Shown one piece after another: positions 51,201 to 63,175 of a DNA stretch of 64,000 nt. Every line of letters begins with the position of its first letter. The stretch's first letter is position 1. Source of the stretch: Octopus vulgaris (Eukaryota). The notes below the pieces were generated by a model. That model worked only from the letters and a program-made list of their open reading frames with translations. It ran no database searches and was not told where the DNA came from. The stretch lies in the NCBI GenBank assembly GCA_951406725.2, contig OX597818.1, positions 16,678,001 to 16,742,000 of the forward strand, read 5' to 3'. The position numbers were made by a program, and so were the translations under genes.

Positions 51201-54200
51201 TAAACACTGTTGTTATTCTCAAAACAAAATGTCTATCAGTTCCTATCAGAATTTTTTTGCTAAATCTATCAGTTTGAATGAAATACCGATAGTATTTTCT
51301 GTAAATTTACAATGATTTTCAATTTACAGTGAAGTAGACTTTCAGTAACTTTGTCAGTAAAGATTTTCATGGTAAATGATGTTGTTAAACTACTTCAGTC
51401 ACCACCAATAATAATAATCCTTTCTACTATAGACACAAGGCCTGAAATTTTGGATGATGGGGTTAGTCAATTACATCAACTCCATTGCTCAACTGGTACT
51501 TACTTCATTAACCCTGAAAAGATGAAAGCAAAGTTGACCATGGTGGAATTTGAACTCAGAAGAGCTTGAAGAAATGCTACTAAGCATTTTGTCTGATGTG
51601 CTTATGATTTTGCCAATTCATTAAGCCAGTGATGGCACTTCAACGTATTGCTTGATCTACTAGAAATATCAACTAAATTCCTCTCAAATCATGGCTTACT
51701 GTCTTGAGCAGGATGTTGGGCAGTAGAGTTATATTGGATGCAGACATGGCTGAGTGGTTATTTGCTTCTAAAATCTTGAGGTCCCAGGTTCAGTTCTGCT
51801 GTGTGGCATTTTGGGCAAGTGTCTTTACTATTATAGCCTTGGATTGCCCCAAACCTTTTAAGTGAAATTGGATTGACAGAAACTGTGTACAAGCTCATCA
51901 GATAGACTTCTCCTGTAATTCAAAAGTACAGTTTTGTCACACACTGCTATGTTGATCTTCCATGAGAATTATATTGAAATCAAGTATCTACAGGATACTC
52001 AACCGCTTTGCATGCTAATTCAATGAGTAGTTTGTTCAGGTCAGGTGCTCATATGCTGAAACTGACTGGAGAATCCAGGCACAGGCATGTCTATGAAGTT
52101 AAGAAGTTTGCTTCCCAACCACATGGTTTCAAGCTGTGTCCCACTGTCAGCAGACACTTTGAGCAAGTGTCTACTACTATAGCCCCAAAACAAGCCAAAT
52201 TCTTGTGAGTGGGTTTGGCAGACAGAAACGGAAAGAAGCTTGTTGTGCTTGTGTGTGTGTCTCTCATTTTGTCTTGACATCATGTGACTGTTGTAGATAC
52301 ATGTATCACTTTCATTTCCAATCTTTCACAGAAACATATCTGGTTTTGGTTATGACGAAATGTTACTTGGCTTAGGAAAAGGTGAAGATTGCCAACTGAG
52401 AGGGCATCTGGCCAGAGAAAATCTGCCTCAATAAACTTTGTCTGACCCATGTATATATGAAAACATGGATGTTCAAGTGATGATATAATATATGGAAAAA
52501 ATAAAGGCAGGATGGTCATGGCTGGGACACCTTTGATCAATGAGCCTGCACAGTGAAGGCTGATCTGGGAACTAAACAATTATTACTTCATAGAAGTGCT
52601 TTAGGGCTGCTGTGTGTCTTCTGTGGCTGTATGTTTGTGTTTGTATGGGTGTGAAAGTTGATTTAAATCCAATCAGTAACAGTTTTAGTGATTAGCCTCT
52701 AGCATACCACTAGTTCTTCCACATTTTTTGTCAGTTGATTTTCTTTTTTTTTTTGTCTTACCCCCAAACACCTGTTCCTTATTACTGCTATTACAATCTT
52801 ACCACTATTTTTTCTACTGTTACCACCACTACTACTGCCATCTCTACTATTATTACTGTCCCATCCTTCTCCCAACCACCATCAAACATATGTTCGTTGC
52901 TAAAGCAATAATATCTCATGTTTATTAAATTCCACACCGATACACACCTAATAATATATTAAGGTATTCACTTCCTTTCTTTATTTCTTTTCCTCCACCT
53001 TCTTGTTCACTTCAATTTCCTGAGCGATGACTATTCTTATTGTTAGTGTGGTAGACAGAAGACCTCATTTTTATTCAGGGATTGGTGAAATGCTTTGATT
53101 ATCCAGTGATACTAATTCATAACAATGAGAGAGATGGTAAAAGCAGTGCAATTTTTTTGTATTGGTACATCCTAAAGAAAAGTACATTGAATTGATCCCA
53201 TTGCATGCGCAGTGCTCATTTTCTGCACTATGGAGAATTAAAGAGCAAAAGTTACTCCTACTTTTTATCTCTTTGGCAAAATGTGGAAGAAGAAACTAAA
53301 ATACTGTGAAGAATTACATCTGCCATTCCAAAATCCTTACTTCCTCCTAACGGTTACAGGCCTCTAAATTATAAGGGAGAGATAAAGTTAAATGAATTGA
53401 CACCAGTACATAACTAATATTTATTGATTTTGATGAGTGCCATTGCATAAAACTCTTGACCATAGAAGCAGTTAGTAATTCCTGCCAGTTGTTAAGATGT
53501 AATACTTATTCTGCTGATTTTGGATGGATAAAGATCAAAATTGACCCTAATGAGATTTGGACTTGAAATGTAGAAGAATGAATCGAAACACTGCTTCAGT
53601 AGTTGAATTTTAGTGCACCCTACTCATAATAGCCTTAACCTTAAAAACCTAACCTTAAACTTAATCCATATCAGATCATTTCACAGCATAGACTATGTTT
53701 ACTGTAGTATACCACATGCTAAAGTAGCACTACTTTTTTTTTTTAATAATGGCAGTAAAAAAAAAATAACTAAAGGTAATAATTGATTGCAATTAAATTT
53801 TTGTGGACAACACCTTTACAGAGGTAGGGTAAGTGGGGAGGAAAACCTGTATCTGATGAGTGTCTACAAGTGACTCTTATGTTCTAGCAAATCTCACTTC
53901 AAGTTGTGTCTATTTGAGATATTTTCTTCTGATAGCCCTCTCCCACACTCTCTCTCCTACCTAACACTAATAATGCATTTGTAAATTAAAAGAACACATC
54001 AAAGAAATGTGAGAGTATGAGAATGATGTAAATTAAAGTAACAATCACTGTGGATTACTCAGGTTAGTTTAGAACACCTAGTTGTTGTTTAGTCCCAGGT
54101 CAACACTGATTGAGTAGGATTGTGATCAAAGCATTCCACCCTTGACTATTATGTCTTTTTTTCCTAAGATCATATTGTGCAATTTGCTATTTTTAAAGAC

Positions 54201-54612
54201 AGTGTAAGAAATGATTTAAAAGAAATTTGGCTGCTATTTGTGACCAGTCAAACAACTAGGTTGAGGCTCCCCTATTGAGATTCCTACGTTGGTTTGGTAG
54301 AGGCTCCCACATTGGCCTACTGTAACTGCATGCTGTGTGTATTCATGTATAATTAGAATTTCCACTTTAACACACCCATAAAGTAGGATAAACAAAACTA
54401 CGTGGTTTGTTTTTAGTGTTGTTTTTTTTTTATTAATATGCGGTGTAGATATGAATCACCCTGCTGTGGGTTATATTACTATTTAATTTGGGACAAACTA
54501 TAGAGTTAACAAAATTAGGGGTAATTAGCTGAAATTTCATATTCTACATTATGGTGGAAAAATATAATGTAAAATTAATGATGATGACAATTTTCATGTA
54601 TAAAACTTCTAT

Positions 54613-54959
54613 CAGCGGTTCTCAATCATTTTTTTATCGATGGACTCCTTTGATTATTATTTATTCTGATGGGCCCCCATAGCCATTTGATATCTAAAAA
54701 CTAATTTTAAAGAAACTTCTTTCAAAATTCCTTTTTTTTTAACCCATTAACTTGTGTAGGTTGAACTATGTAAAATGTTAGAGAAAGAAACCTAAGCTGT
54801 TTCTTGCAGTGCATACCAATACATATATCTAAAGCAAAATCTCTTCAGGGGCTCTTTAAATACTATTGTGGATCTCCAATTTACTATTTTGTTGCATGAA
54901 CCTCCCAAAATCTTATACAGACCCTCAGGGGCCATATGGACCCCAGTCAAGAACCAGTG
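54613..54959. mobile_element. hAT Charlie-like MITE
   Basis: TIR-like cagcggttctcaa / tcaagaaccagtg; the TSD is not clean. Confidence 0.6.
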
Positions 54960-54968
54960 TTCTATATC

Positions 54969-55196
54969 TGTTTCTTTATTGCCCACAAGGGGCCAAACAT
55001 AGAGGGGACAAACAAGGACAGACAAGCAGATTAAGTCGATTACATCGACCCCAGTACGTAACTGGTACTTAATTTATCGACCCTGAAAGGATGAAAGGCA
55101 AAGTTGACCTCAGCGGAATTTGAACTCAGAATGTAGCAACAGACGAAATACGGCTATGCATTTCGCCTGGTGTGCTAACGCTTCTGCCAGCTCGCC
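54969..55196 (-). mobile_element. Meta-like SINE
   Basis: Reverse copy of the 20358 family. Confidence 0.85.
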
Positions 55197-55242
55197 AATT
55201 CACTTAATCTGCCTTTGTTCAAGCTTGATCCAATCTGATGCC

Positions 55243-55459
55243 TTAATCCTTTAGCATTTAAACTGGTCACATCAGACCCAAATATTCGACCTGTTTTATG
55301 TTCAAACTGGCCAGATCCAGCCTTTCACACTTACCCTACAATGCCATTCTAAAAATAAACTATTACATAATTGGAATCCCAAACTATGAGATAATGCATG
55401 AAACAATGTGAATAAATAAGCATTGTTTGACCAGAGATATCTGAATACTAAAGGATTAA
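55243..55459 (+). mobile_element. TTAA-flanked piggyBac-type MITE
   Basis: TTAA|TCCTTTAGCATT ... AATACTAAAGGA|TTAA. Confidence 0.7.
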
Positions 55460-56071
55460 TATTTGGTAAGGATTTAAAGCAAAATACCCAAATTTAGCAT
55501 CATCTTCCCAAAATAAATAATTAAAAAAGAAACCTTCCACTTGTATTAAGATGGGGAAATTGATTAAAGTGACACAAGAAAAATATAACTAACTTATTTT
55601 GTAAAAAGAAAATAACTTTTTTTGTTTTTTACAGTGTTGCCCAATTTTTCTTTGATTCCATCAGATTTAACCTTTTTAAAATTTATTGATTTATCTACTA
55701 CTTACTCATAGAGGGAAGAAGTACTCTTGGTTCAAGGCCTGCAACAGAATGATCAAGTGATAATATTAAAGTGAACAATAAATTGAGTCTATCTACCCAA
55801 GAACTCAATAAATTCCGAAAGAAATCTCACCAGACCCTGTGACAATTCTTATCAATTCACAGATTCTTGTATATTTGATTCTTTATATAGGAATGGTGAA
55901 GTTAATCAAGTTTGCATCCATTTAGTGGTGTTATTCTTAAACCTTTTAGACCTGACATCAAATGGTGTTTCTAATTCTAAGCAGTCTTTTTTTTTTCTTA
56001 TGGTGTTGTGTGTGATAGTTTCTTTTATTAAATGCAATTATAATCAATAACACTAGCAGACACTTTAACTC

Positions 56072-56282
56072 TTAACCCTTTAGCATTCACATTTCTCAGT
56101 CAAATGTAATGTTTATTTATTCATATTAATTTGAATTGGTCATACATGACCTTGTAGCTTTGGGATTTTGATGATGTGATTAATTTTTAAAGTAATATTG
56201 TAGGGTGAGAGGCCGGATGTGGCCAGTTTGAAGATAAAACAGATTATTTTAGCTGGATATGGCCAGCTCAAATTCTAAAGGG
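56072..56282 (-). mobile_element. Same MITE family in the opposite orientation
   Basis: TTAA|CCCTTTAGCATT; interior (tgtagggtgagaggccggatgtggccagtttgaa) is the reverse complement of 55300-55345. Confidence 0.7.
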
Positions 56283-57125
56283 ACTCTTATGAGCCATTCT
56301 TCCTTTTACTGCTGGTTCGAAATTTTGGAACATGAATGTACTGGGTCATCTGATCATTGTTATTTAGTGCCAGGTCATTGATCCAGGAGATCTGTGATCA
56401 AAGATGTCCTAGATACACTAGATTTTAAAAGTTGTTGGAATGTCCATGGCTAGAACTGCATTAGCCTCTCTTTATTTTTTAAAGTGTAATTTGAGATTTG
56501 TTTTTTATTTCTAGCAGCTCAAGTAACTTCATAGAGCTTCCTCTGTCAGTTAATGGAACTTTTGGTTACTCTTCTGTAATCTACAATGATATATACTCAT
56601 CAATACTGATTAGATTAACAAATAATTATTGATTTGTGGGAAATAAAACTTATTGATATTTATAATGAATATGGTAGCAGTTTTCATTTAGTATATAATA
56701 TCTTGACAATATAATCTGTGTAATAAATATTGAAATTTGTAGAATCAAAATGTGTTCTAATTAATTTGAGAAAAGATACATGAAAAAAATGAAATGAAGT
56801 GTATAAAATAGTATTTTCTGAAAATACTCAACCATTTAGCAATTCATGTCAGATGAGAACACTATATAATGACTAGGTTTACAAGCATCATGGGCCAAGT
56901 AGACTATTTGCTAAAAGGCCACAAGTTCAAATCCATTACTGGCATTTTAGTGTTTTTTCTGGACAGAACACTTCATTTTGCATTAACCTTAGTTCACCTA
57001 GCTATCAGATGTAGGTACCAGATTACCTGGGAATCTTACTGCTGATAATTCAGTATCCTGTCTAAATGGAAATTTTTCTCATTCACTTCAAGCAATAAAA
57101 ATTGGAGGAAAGCAACACTCTATAA

Positions 57126-57126
<1 letters not shown>

Positions 57127-57170
<44 letters not shown>

Positions 57171-57205
57171 TGGTAGTGGTAGTAGTAGTGGTAGTAGTAG
57201 TAGTA
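57127..57205. repeat. (AGT)n microsatellite
   Basis: Directly visible; another (AGT)n lies at 58867-58901 and a (CT)n at 59081-59120. Confidence 0.95.
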
Positions 57206-57599
57206 AGCCCTTCAGGTCTGAGAAGGCATTTTTACATCATATCTCAAACACTTTGACAGTTAAATTACAAATGTTGACTGTATATGTGGAGTGACTTCCT
57301 ACAAAGTTATTCTAAATGTAAATTTCCTATTGTCCATGAGTTAAATCATTCACAGTCAACAGCTGCTAAGTTGCAGCAGTATTACAACCACCACCACCAT
57401 CGTCATCACATCACAGAATTATTTTAATTCTAAGCCCTGGTGTCTGTGTGACGAAGTGAAGACAATAGAATCATCAAGTGACTAAATAAAAATAGATTTT
57501 GCACCATTTCATCTACAGATTTCTCTCACTCTCTCTGTCTCTCGTGAAATAAATTTCAGTTTACTGCATGGGGCTTCAAAAAGATTAACTAATTACTCT

Positions 57600-57805
57600 A
57601 AACTAAGTCACCAGGTCAACAAGAAAAGGTCAAATACATAATACTGAAGGTCAGTAAGCGGAGCTTGTTTGAGAATAATTATTATTAAGGCAGACTGACT
57701 CATTAATTGATTGGACTGACCTACCCACTTTACTGGCTAGTTTAATGAAGGTAAAAAAGAAAAAAAAAAGCTTCACGTAACGTTTTCTTTAATTTCTAGG
57801 TCACA
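57600..57805. promoter_or_regulatory. Candidate enhancer: cluster of AGGTCA nuclear-receptor half-sites
   Basis: AGGTCA at 57613, 57627, 57648 and 57798, TGACCT at 57717, plus TAAT motifs, in sequence not recognised as a repeat. Confidence 0.35.
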
Positions 57806-58867
57806 CGCACACATAAATACTGTGTATGTGTGTATTTGTGTGTGTGTGTATGTTTACACACACACAAAATATAAGATAACTGCTACTGGGTCTTAATGGC
57901 ATTAATTGATTGTGTCACACTAATGTCTTCACCAATATCACTTCCTAGAGATATTAGTTTGAACAAAAGGTGTCATTTTATTGCAGAGTGTCTTCTTGAC
58001 AATAGCAAACTTGGTTCTCTGTGTGTATGTGTGTCTTTATGCTTTGGGTGCATATTAAATCTAATGTTGTCTTCCAAGTAACTAATGCATGTGCATTGTA
58101 ATGTTGACAGTTAGAGTTGGTGGTGTTATTGCAATACAAAAACAATAAGGTAAAAAGAGGGGGTGGGGAAAGGATGGATTTTGTTAATTTCTGAAATTTA
58201 ATCCTCAATTGTGAGGCAAAAGATAGCTATGACCCCCACCACCACTAAACACACACACACTTATGTTTGTTGAATTTAAAGTTATGTACTTGGTTGTGGA
58301 ATTCTGCTCTTAAATGGAATAAACTATTAGTGATTAGGTGTTTTTATAACATTTTGAAGATTTTTGTGATATGATCATAGTGGAATGAAGGAGAATATGT
58401 TGGAATGAAATAGTTTTCTAATAGGAAGGACATTTAGTTTTGGATAAAATATTAATAATTTTAGACTAGAATGTAATATTTCGAATGCAGTATGGCCATG
58501 AAAACAACAGACAGATTGGGTATTTTACCCTTATAATAATAGTAATTGTGGGAGGGTTAGGGGCTAGTTGAATACATTGACCCCAGTGCTTATCTGGTAC
58601 CTATTTTATCAACCCTAAAAAGATGAAAGGCAAAGCTGGCCTTAGTGGAATTTGAACTCAACATAAAAATGGAAGAAATGCTGCTTAGCACTTTGTCTGG
58701 CATGCTAATAGTTCTGCCAGCTTGCTACCTTGAAAATGATAATTTCAAATTTTGGCACAAGGCCAGCAATTTCGGGGAAGGGATTAAGTTGATTACATCA
58801 GCCCCACTGTTCAACCGGTACTTATTTTATTGATCTCAAAAGGATGAAAGGTGAAGTTGACCTCTAC

Positions 58868-58902
<35 letters not shown>

Positions 58903-59077
58903 ATGGTAATGTTAATTATCAAAATTAAGTTCAAGTATTAAAATTTTATTATTATTATTATAATCATTAAGAAATTGATGTTGAATTACAGTACAAACAC
59001 AAGCATATATACGCATGGATGAAAACACAAACTTGTATGCATGTGTATGCATTTTCACCACACATGCAGGCAATCCC

Positions 59078-59125
<48 letters not shown>

Positions 59126-60739
59126 GCCAATACATTCACTACTTGTCTCATTTCCTCAAACACCTTTCATCCCTCCCTCTTTCTTCTTTCTCCATGTTTT
59201 CTTCCTCCTTTTTAGTCTGCCTCTTTCTCTTCTCCACCTCTCTCCAACCCTGCTCCTCATTCTCAATATATTTACTGTTAAATCAATACTACACCTTATC
59301 ATCTGCCCATATAGTCAATTACTGTCCTCATTTTACATGTTCTGTTTGTCTGCTTGTCTGCTCCCACCCCCATTCCCTTCATGCCTTGATGCGATCATTT
59401 AACCAGGGCCTGCCATATTTATTCATAATACCTTTACTGCTTCAAACAGAAATACTTTGTTGCTGTCTCATCTTTTTCTATTTTACCCCCTCCTCCGTCA
59501 CTCATTCTTCCATCGAGCAATGACCTCCCCTTTCAACATTCTATACATGCTTATTGATCTTTCATTGATCCTGATGGCATCAGTATAAGAGGCCATCTAC
59601 CCACCTTACGTGTCAGTTCATTCTCAAGCCGGCTGTTGATTCCCCCTTCTCCTCTACTCCACGACTGCTGTGAAACACTACTAAGGCTTTGGTCATAACT
59701 GCATATTATTATTTTGTTGTTGTTAATATTTAGTAGTGCAGTGGATGGGCTAATTGCTTTGTAGTATTTTCTTATGATCCTTTATGGTCAGAGCTCAATT
59801 CTTGCTGGGGCATGAGGGTTCAACTCTGTATTTCAACCTTCTGGGCTTTATAGAATAAAATACCAATCAAGTACTTGAGCTCAGTTTAGGTGATGTATTT
59901 CCCTAGAGTGTGTGTGTGTGTTTGTGTCTCCTCGTCTTGACATCACGTGAAAGTTGTAGATGAGTGTCCCTCTCATACCAGTGGTGTCGTTAATTTCCAG
60001 TCTTTTGTGCAAATATGTCTACCCACGAGGGAAATAATATTTTGCTTGGAAACAAGTGAAGGTTGGAGTCAAGAAGGGCATCTTCCTACAGCCTGCCTAT
60101 GCATGACACTGTACCAGTGTCAAAAGTCTGTACAAGAAGACAAGGCCAGAGTTGAATGCTTCATGGTAATTTTGTTTAGCACTTCCAATTTTATCAGTAG
60201 CACCATTAATTTATTGATTTACTTTGTGTTGATATAAATTAGATGGGTTTGCAAGACTTTGAACTTTCACATAACCTTCTTCTTGAGATTTTGGGACATG
60301 ATACCGTTTCAATAAAATTTGAATGGACTATTTAAAATAGCTATAAACAGCGGAGTTTCAGATCAGGATGCCCACATAAGTTGGATTTTCTCCATTTTGA
60401 TCGGGATTTTTCCAATTTGTTTTTCACCAGAGCTTTGGAAATGATTGTGCTATGCTTTTTTATGAAAAATTTTTTGAGAAAATTTATTTTTTCACACCAT
60501 TCCACTTCCCCAGACTAATTTTGGCCAGTTGTTCTTGCACTACTCTTAAAAACGATGGGAAGAAGTTTTTGCTAAAAAAAAGAAATTTTTGAAAATATTT
60601 TCAGCCAAAGAGGTGTGTGATTTAAGGGAGATTTAGCTGTTGTTTTTTTACATATTCTATGACCCCTGGTACCTTTCTCAGAACTGCATGTAGGTTTCCA
60701 GAATGTTTTTATAAAAATAACATGATATACAATTGGTTG

Positions 60740-61068
60740 ACTTTAGTTTAATAAAAAAAAAGAAAAAAGAAAAGGGAAAATAAGTAAATCCTGTTTGAAC
60801 ATTTTGTTTAAAAGGTGTAATTATAGGGCGAAAGCAAAAAGGGAAGTCGTGGTTTTGCCTTGGAGCAAGGCTAGAGGTTGTGTAATAAGTTAATGGTAAA
60901 GGAATACATGGTTTCATCTCGCAGTGAGAGCAAGATGGCCGGCTCATTTGCATTGTAAATATATTCATTTCACATTCATCCTTCATATGTTTCAGCATGT
61001 CTTTATGTTCCTGCATGTCTTTATATGTCCCCTCTGTAATTAGGCCTTGTGCTTGTAATAAAGAATTA
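60740..61068 (+). mobile_element. 3' UTR of a 5'-truncated L1/Tx1-like element (upstream member of a tandem)
   Basis: Diverged direct repeat of ~62547-62895, ending tgtcccctctg...aggccttgtgcttgtAATAAAgaat. Confidence 0.7.
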
Positions 61069-62908
61069 AGCTAGCAAGCCACACCCACTTGTTGTTTTGA
61101 AGAACTCTAGCCAAATTTTTGAGCAAAGCCACCATTGTTGGGTGGTAGTGAATAATTGAGAAAAACGAAAGTTATGCAGAAGCTACTGGAAGTTGAGTTC
61201 CCCTAGACCCAAGTGTGCTGAAACAAGAGATGGTAGCATGCAAAAGTGAGCTGATAGAAAAATATAGTAGTATGGTGGAGAAAGAAGGGTCAAATATAAA
61301 ACTGACCCTAACAGCGGACGAAAAAGCAAAAATAGAAAAGGAGACAGTAATATTCAGAACATTTTCAAATAAAAACAAAAGAATTGAAAAAGCACCACAG
61401 GAAGAAATAGAAGAAATTTTGGAAAGACAGATAGGAGACAGCATAGCATTCTTTATGAGAGGAAAGAGTTATGCGTTTATAGTGGTAACCTTTGTATCAG
61501 AAGAGGAGGTGGCAAAATCCTCCAACAGGATGATACAGGGAGAGAAATGGACATTGATGCCAAACTGTTTGGAAAAACAAATTGTGAGAATTAAGGTGGG
61601 AAGAATCCCACCATCGATAGATCTAAAGTAGATAATAGCAGTGATTTTTTTTTATTCGGGGATAAGGAAGGAAAGTGAAGAGGTGAAGATGGGCATGATA
61701 AGCTGAACCCAACAAGTGAAGTGGTGAGGTTACAGATTAGAGATGATTTGTGCAGTGAGCCAGAAATATTACAATGAAATACCTGTAACTTTGGAGCTAC
61801 CAAATGAAGAAAAGCTGGAGATAATGTTTGAGGGGAGACCCCCAAAGTGTTACAAATGTGGTGAAAGAGGGCACTTGAGAAAGAAATGCCCTAGAGCAGC
61901 AGGGGAAATTGTAGAGGAGAGTATTCAGGAGAATATAATGGTGGAGAAACAGCAGAAACAGATAACAGAACAAGAAAGGAATTTTGTAGAGGTGAAAGCA
62001 AGAAAAAGAGAGAGGCGGAAGTCACCAACGATAGTAGAACTGGAGTGCAAAGCGATGGAAGAGGTAATCCAACATATGACGAGAAATGGGGAAGATTCAC
62101 CAGTAGGATCACCAGGAAAGAACTTACAAGTACAAAAACATTCAGACCCACAGACACTCAAACACACAGACATCCAACCGCACAGAAATATAGAGAAACA
62201 GATACAAGATGTCTTAGAACCACAGAAACCTAAAAGCATAGACACACAGATGAAACATGCAGAATTACAGTTAAACAAACACACAGACACAATCACAGGA
62301 CAGCCAAGAATTACAGAAATACAGAGAAAAAAAACACAAACATGCAAGTGACAAACAGAAGGTTTATAGTGAAAAATAGGACACGCAAAAGTTAAAAGAA
62401 TTTCAAAATTGAAAGACATCATGAAAGAGTGAATCCACTGGGGCAGGAGGTGGATGTTGAACCTCGTGCCTCAGTGGTGAATTATGGAAAAGGAGAATTG
62501 GTAAGTTGTTATTTCTCTTTAAAGACTATAAAAACTGAGAAAAACCTTTAGTTAAACTTTTTATTGGAGACAAAAAAAAAAAAGGAAAAGCAAGTAAATT
62601 TTGTAACTATTGAATGAACAAGTGTTTAAAATTTTTTTTTAAATGTAAGGTGGAAAGGAAAAGGGAAGTCTCAGTTTTGCCTCTGAGCAGGGCTGGAAAT
62701 TGTTATTTAAAATGTAGGTTTAAAAAGGAGGGAAAAAAAGGATTACGGTTTCATCTCAGAGCGGGACCGAGATGACTGTCTCATTTTCATTGTAATTTAA
62801 TTCATTTTACATTCATTCTTTCAGGTATTTTTTGTTCCCACATGTCTGTGTATATCCCCTCTGTGTTTAGGCCTTGTGCCTGTAATAAAGAATGCAGCTA
62901 GCAAGCCA
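61069..62908 (+). mobile_element. ORF1-only (HAL1-like) L1/Tx1-related non-autonomous retroelement, ~1.8 kb
   Basis: 13-bp flanking direct repeat agctagcaagcca (61069-81 and 62896-908). Short 5' UTR, gag-like ORF, no EN/RT ORF, 3' UTR ending in AATAAA. Confidence 0.7.
61152..62351 (+). pseudogene. Gag-like ORF1 (N-terminal SYAEA motif, RRM-like region, CCHC zinc knuckle)
   Basis: ORFs 61215-61631 and 61743-62351 share one frame, joined across stops at 61194, 61629, 61704 and 61725; knuckle CYKCGERGHLRKKC. Confidence 0.8.
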
Positions 62909-63175
62909 AGCTACACCAGACTGATAAAGAGCAATGACTCTGAAACTAGCCTCTGGTTGCTGGTTTTGCTGGGTGGAGGTGCTTATCTACCCTGCTTGAA
63001 AACATAAGGATACATTATGCTTGTGTCACATGGCCAACTGGAAACGGTATTTACTGGGGCTAAATAGCAGTAGCATTCTTCCCTTTCCTGGAATTGCCAC
63101 ATTAAGTTGGCAACAAACCATCAATTTATCATGCTGCTTCTGCATAAGTCTCTCTTAGAGATTTAGAACTGCAAT
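62896..63175 (+). repeat. Hammerhead-bearing repeat unit (same family as 23705-24455)
   Basis: Shared blocks ctagcaa..ccag(t)actgataaag, ccaactggaaa..ctggggctaaatagcagtagcat, gccacattaagttggcaac and ctcttagagatttagaact. Confidence 0.7.
62916..62956 (+). ncRNA. Type I hammerhead-ribozyme-like motif (degenerate)
   Basis: CCAGA-CTGATAA-AGAG-caatga-CTCT-GAAA-CTAG-CC-TCTGG; G8->A and U16.1->C relative to the canonical core. Confidence 0.6.

Noticed and set aside
59015-59523. 127-160 aa Leu/Ser-rich ORFs
   Set aside because: (CT)n and pyrimidine-rich low-complexity sequence; no domain signal.
60740-62908. Reading the two ~330-bp repeats as LTRs of a gag-only LTR element
   Set aside because: No TG..CA ends, PBS or PPT seen. 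The repeats differ by many indels while the ORF has none, and they end in AATAAA plus a SINE-shared tail. Tandem non-LTR 3' ends fit better, though LTRs are not fully excluded.
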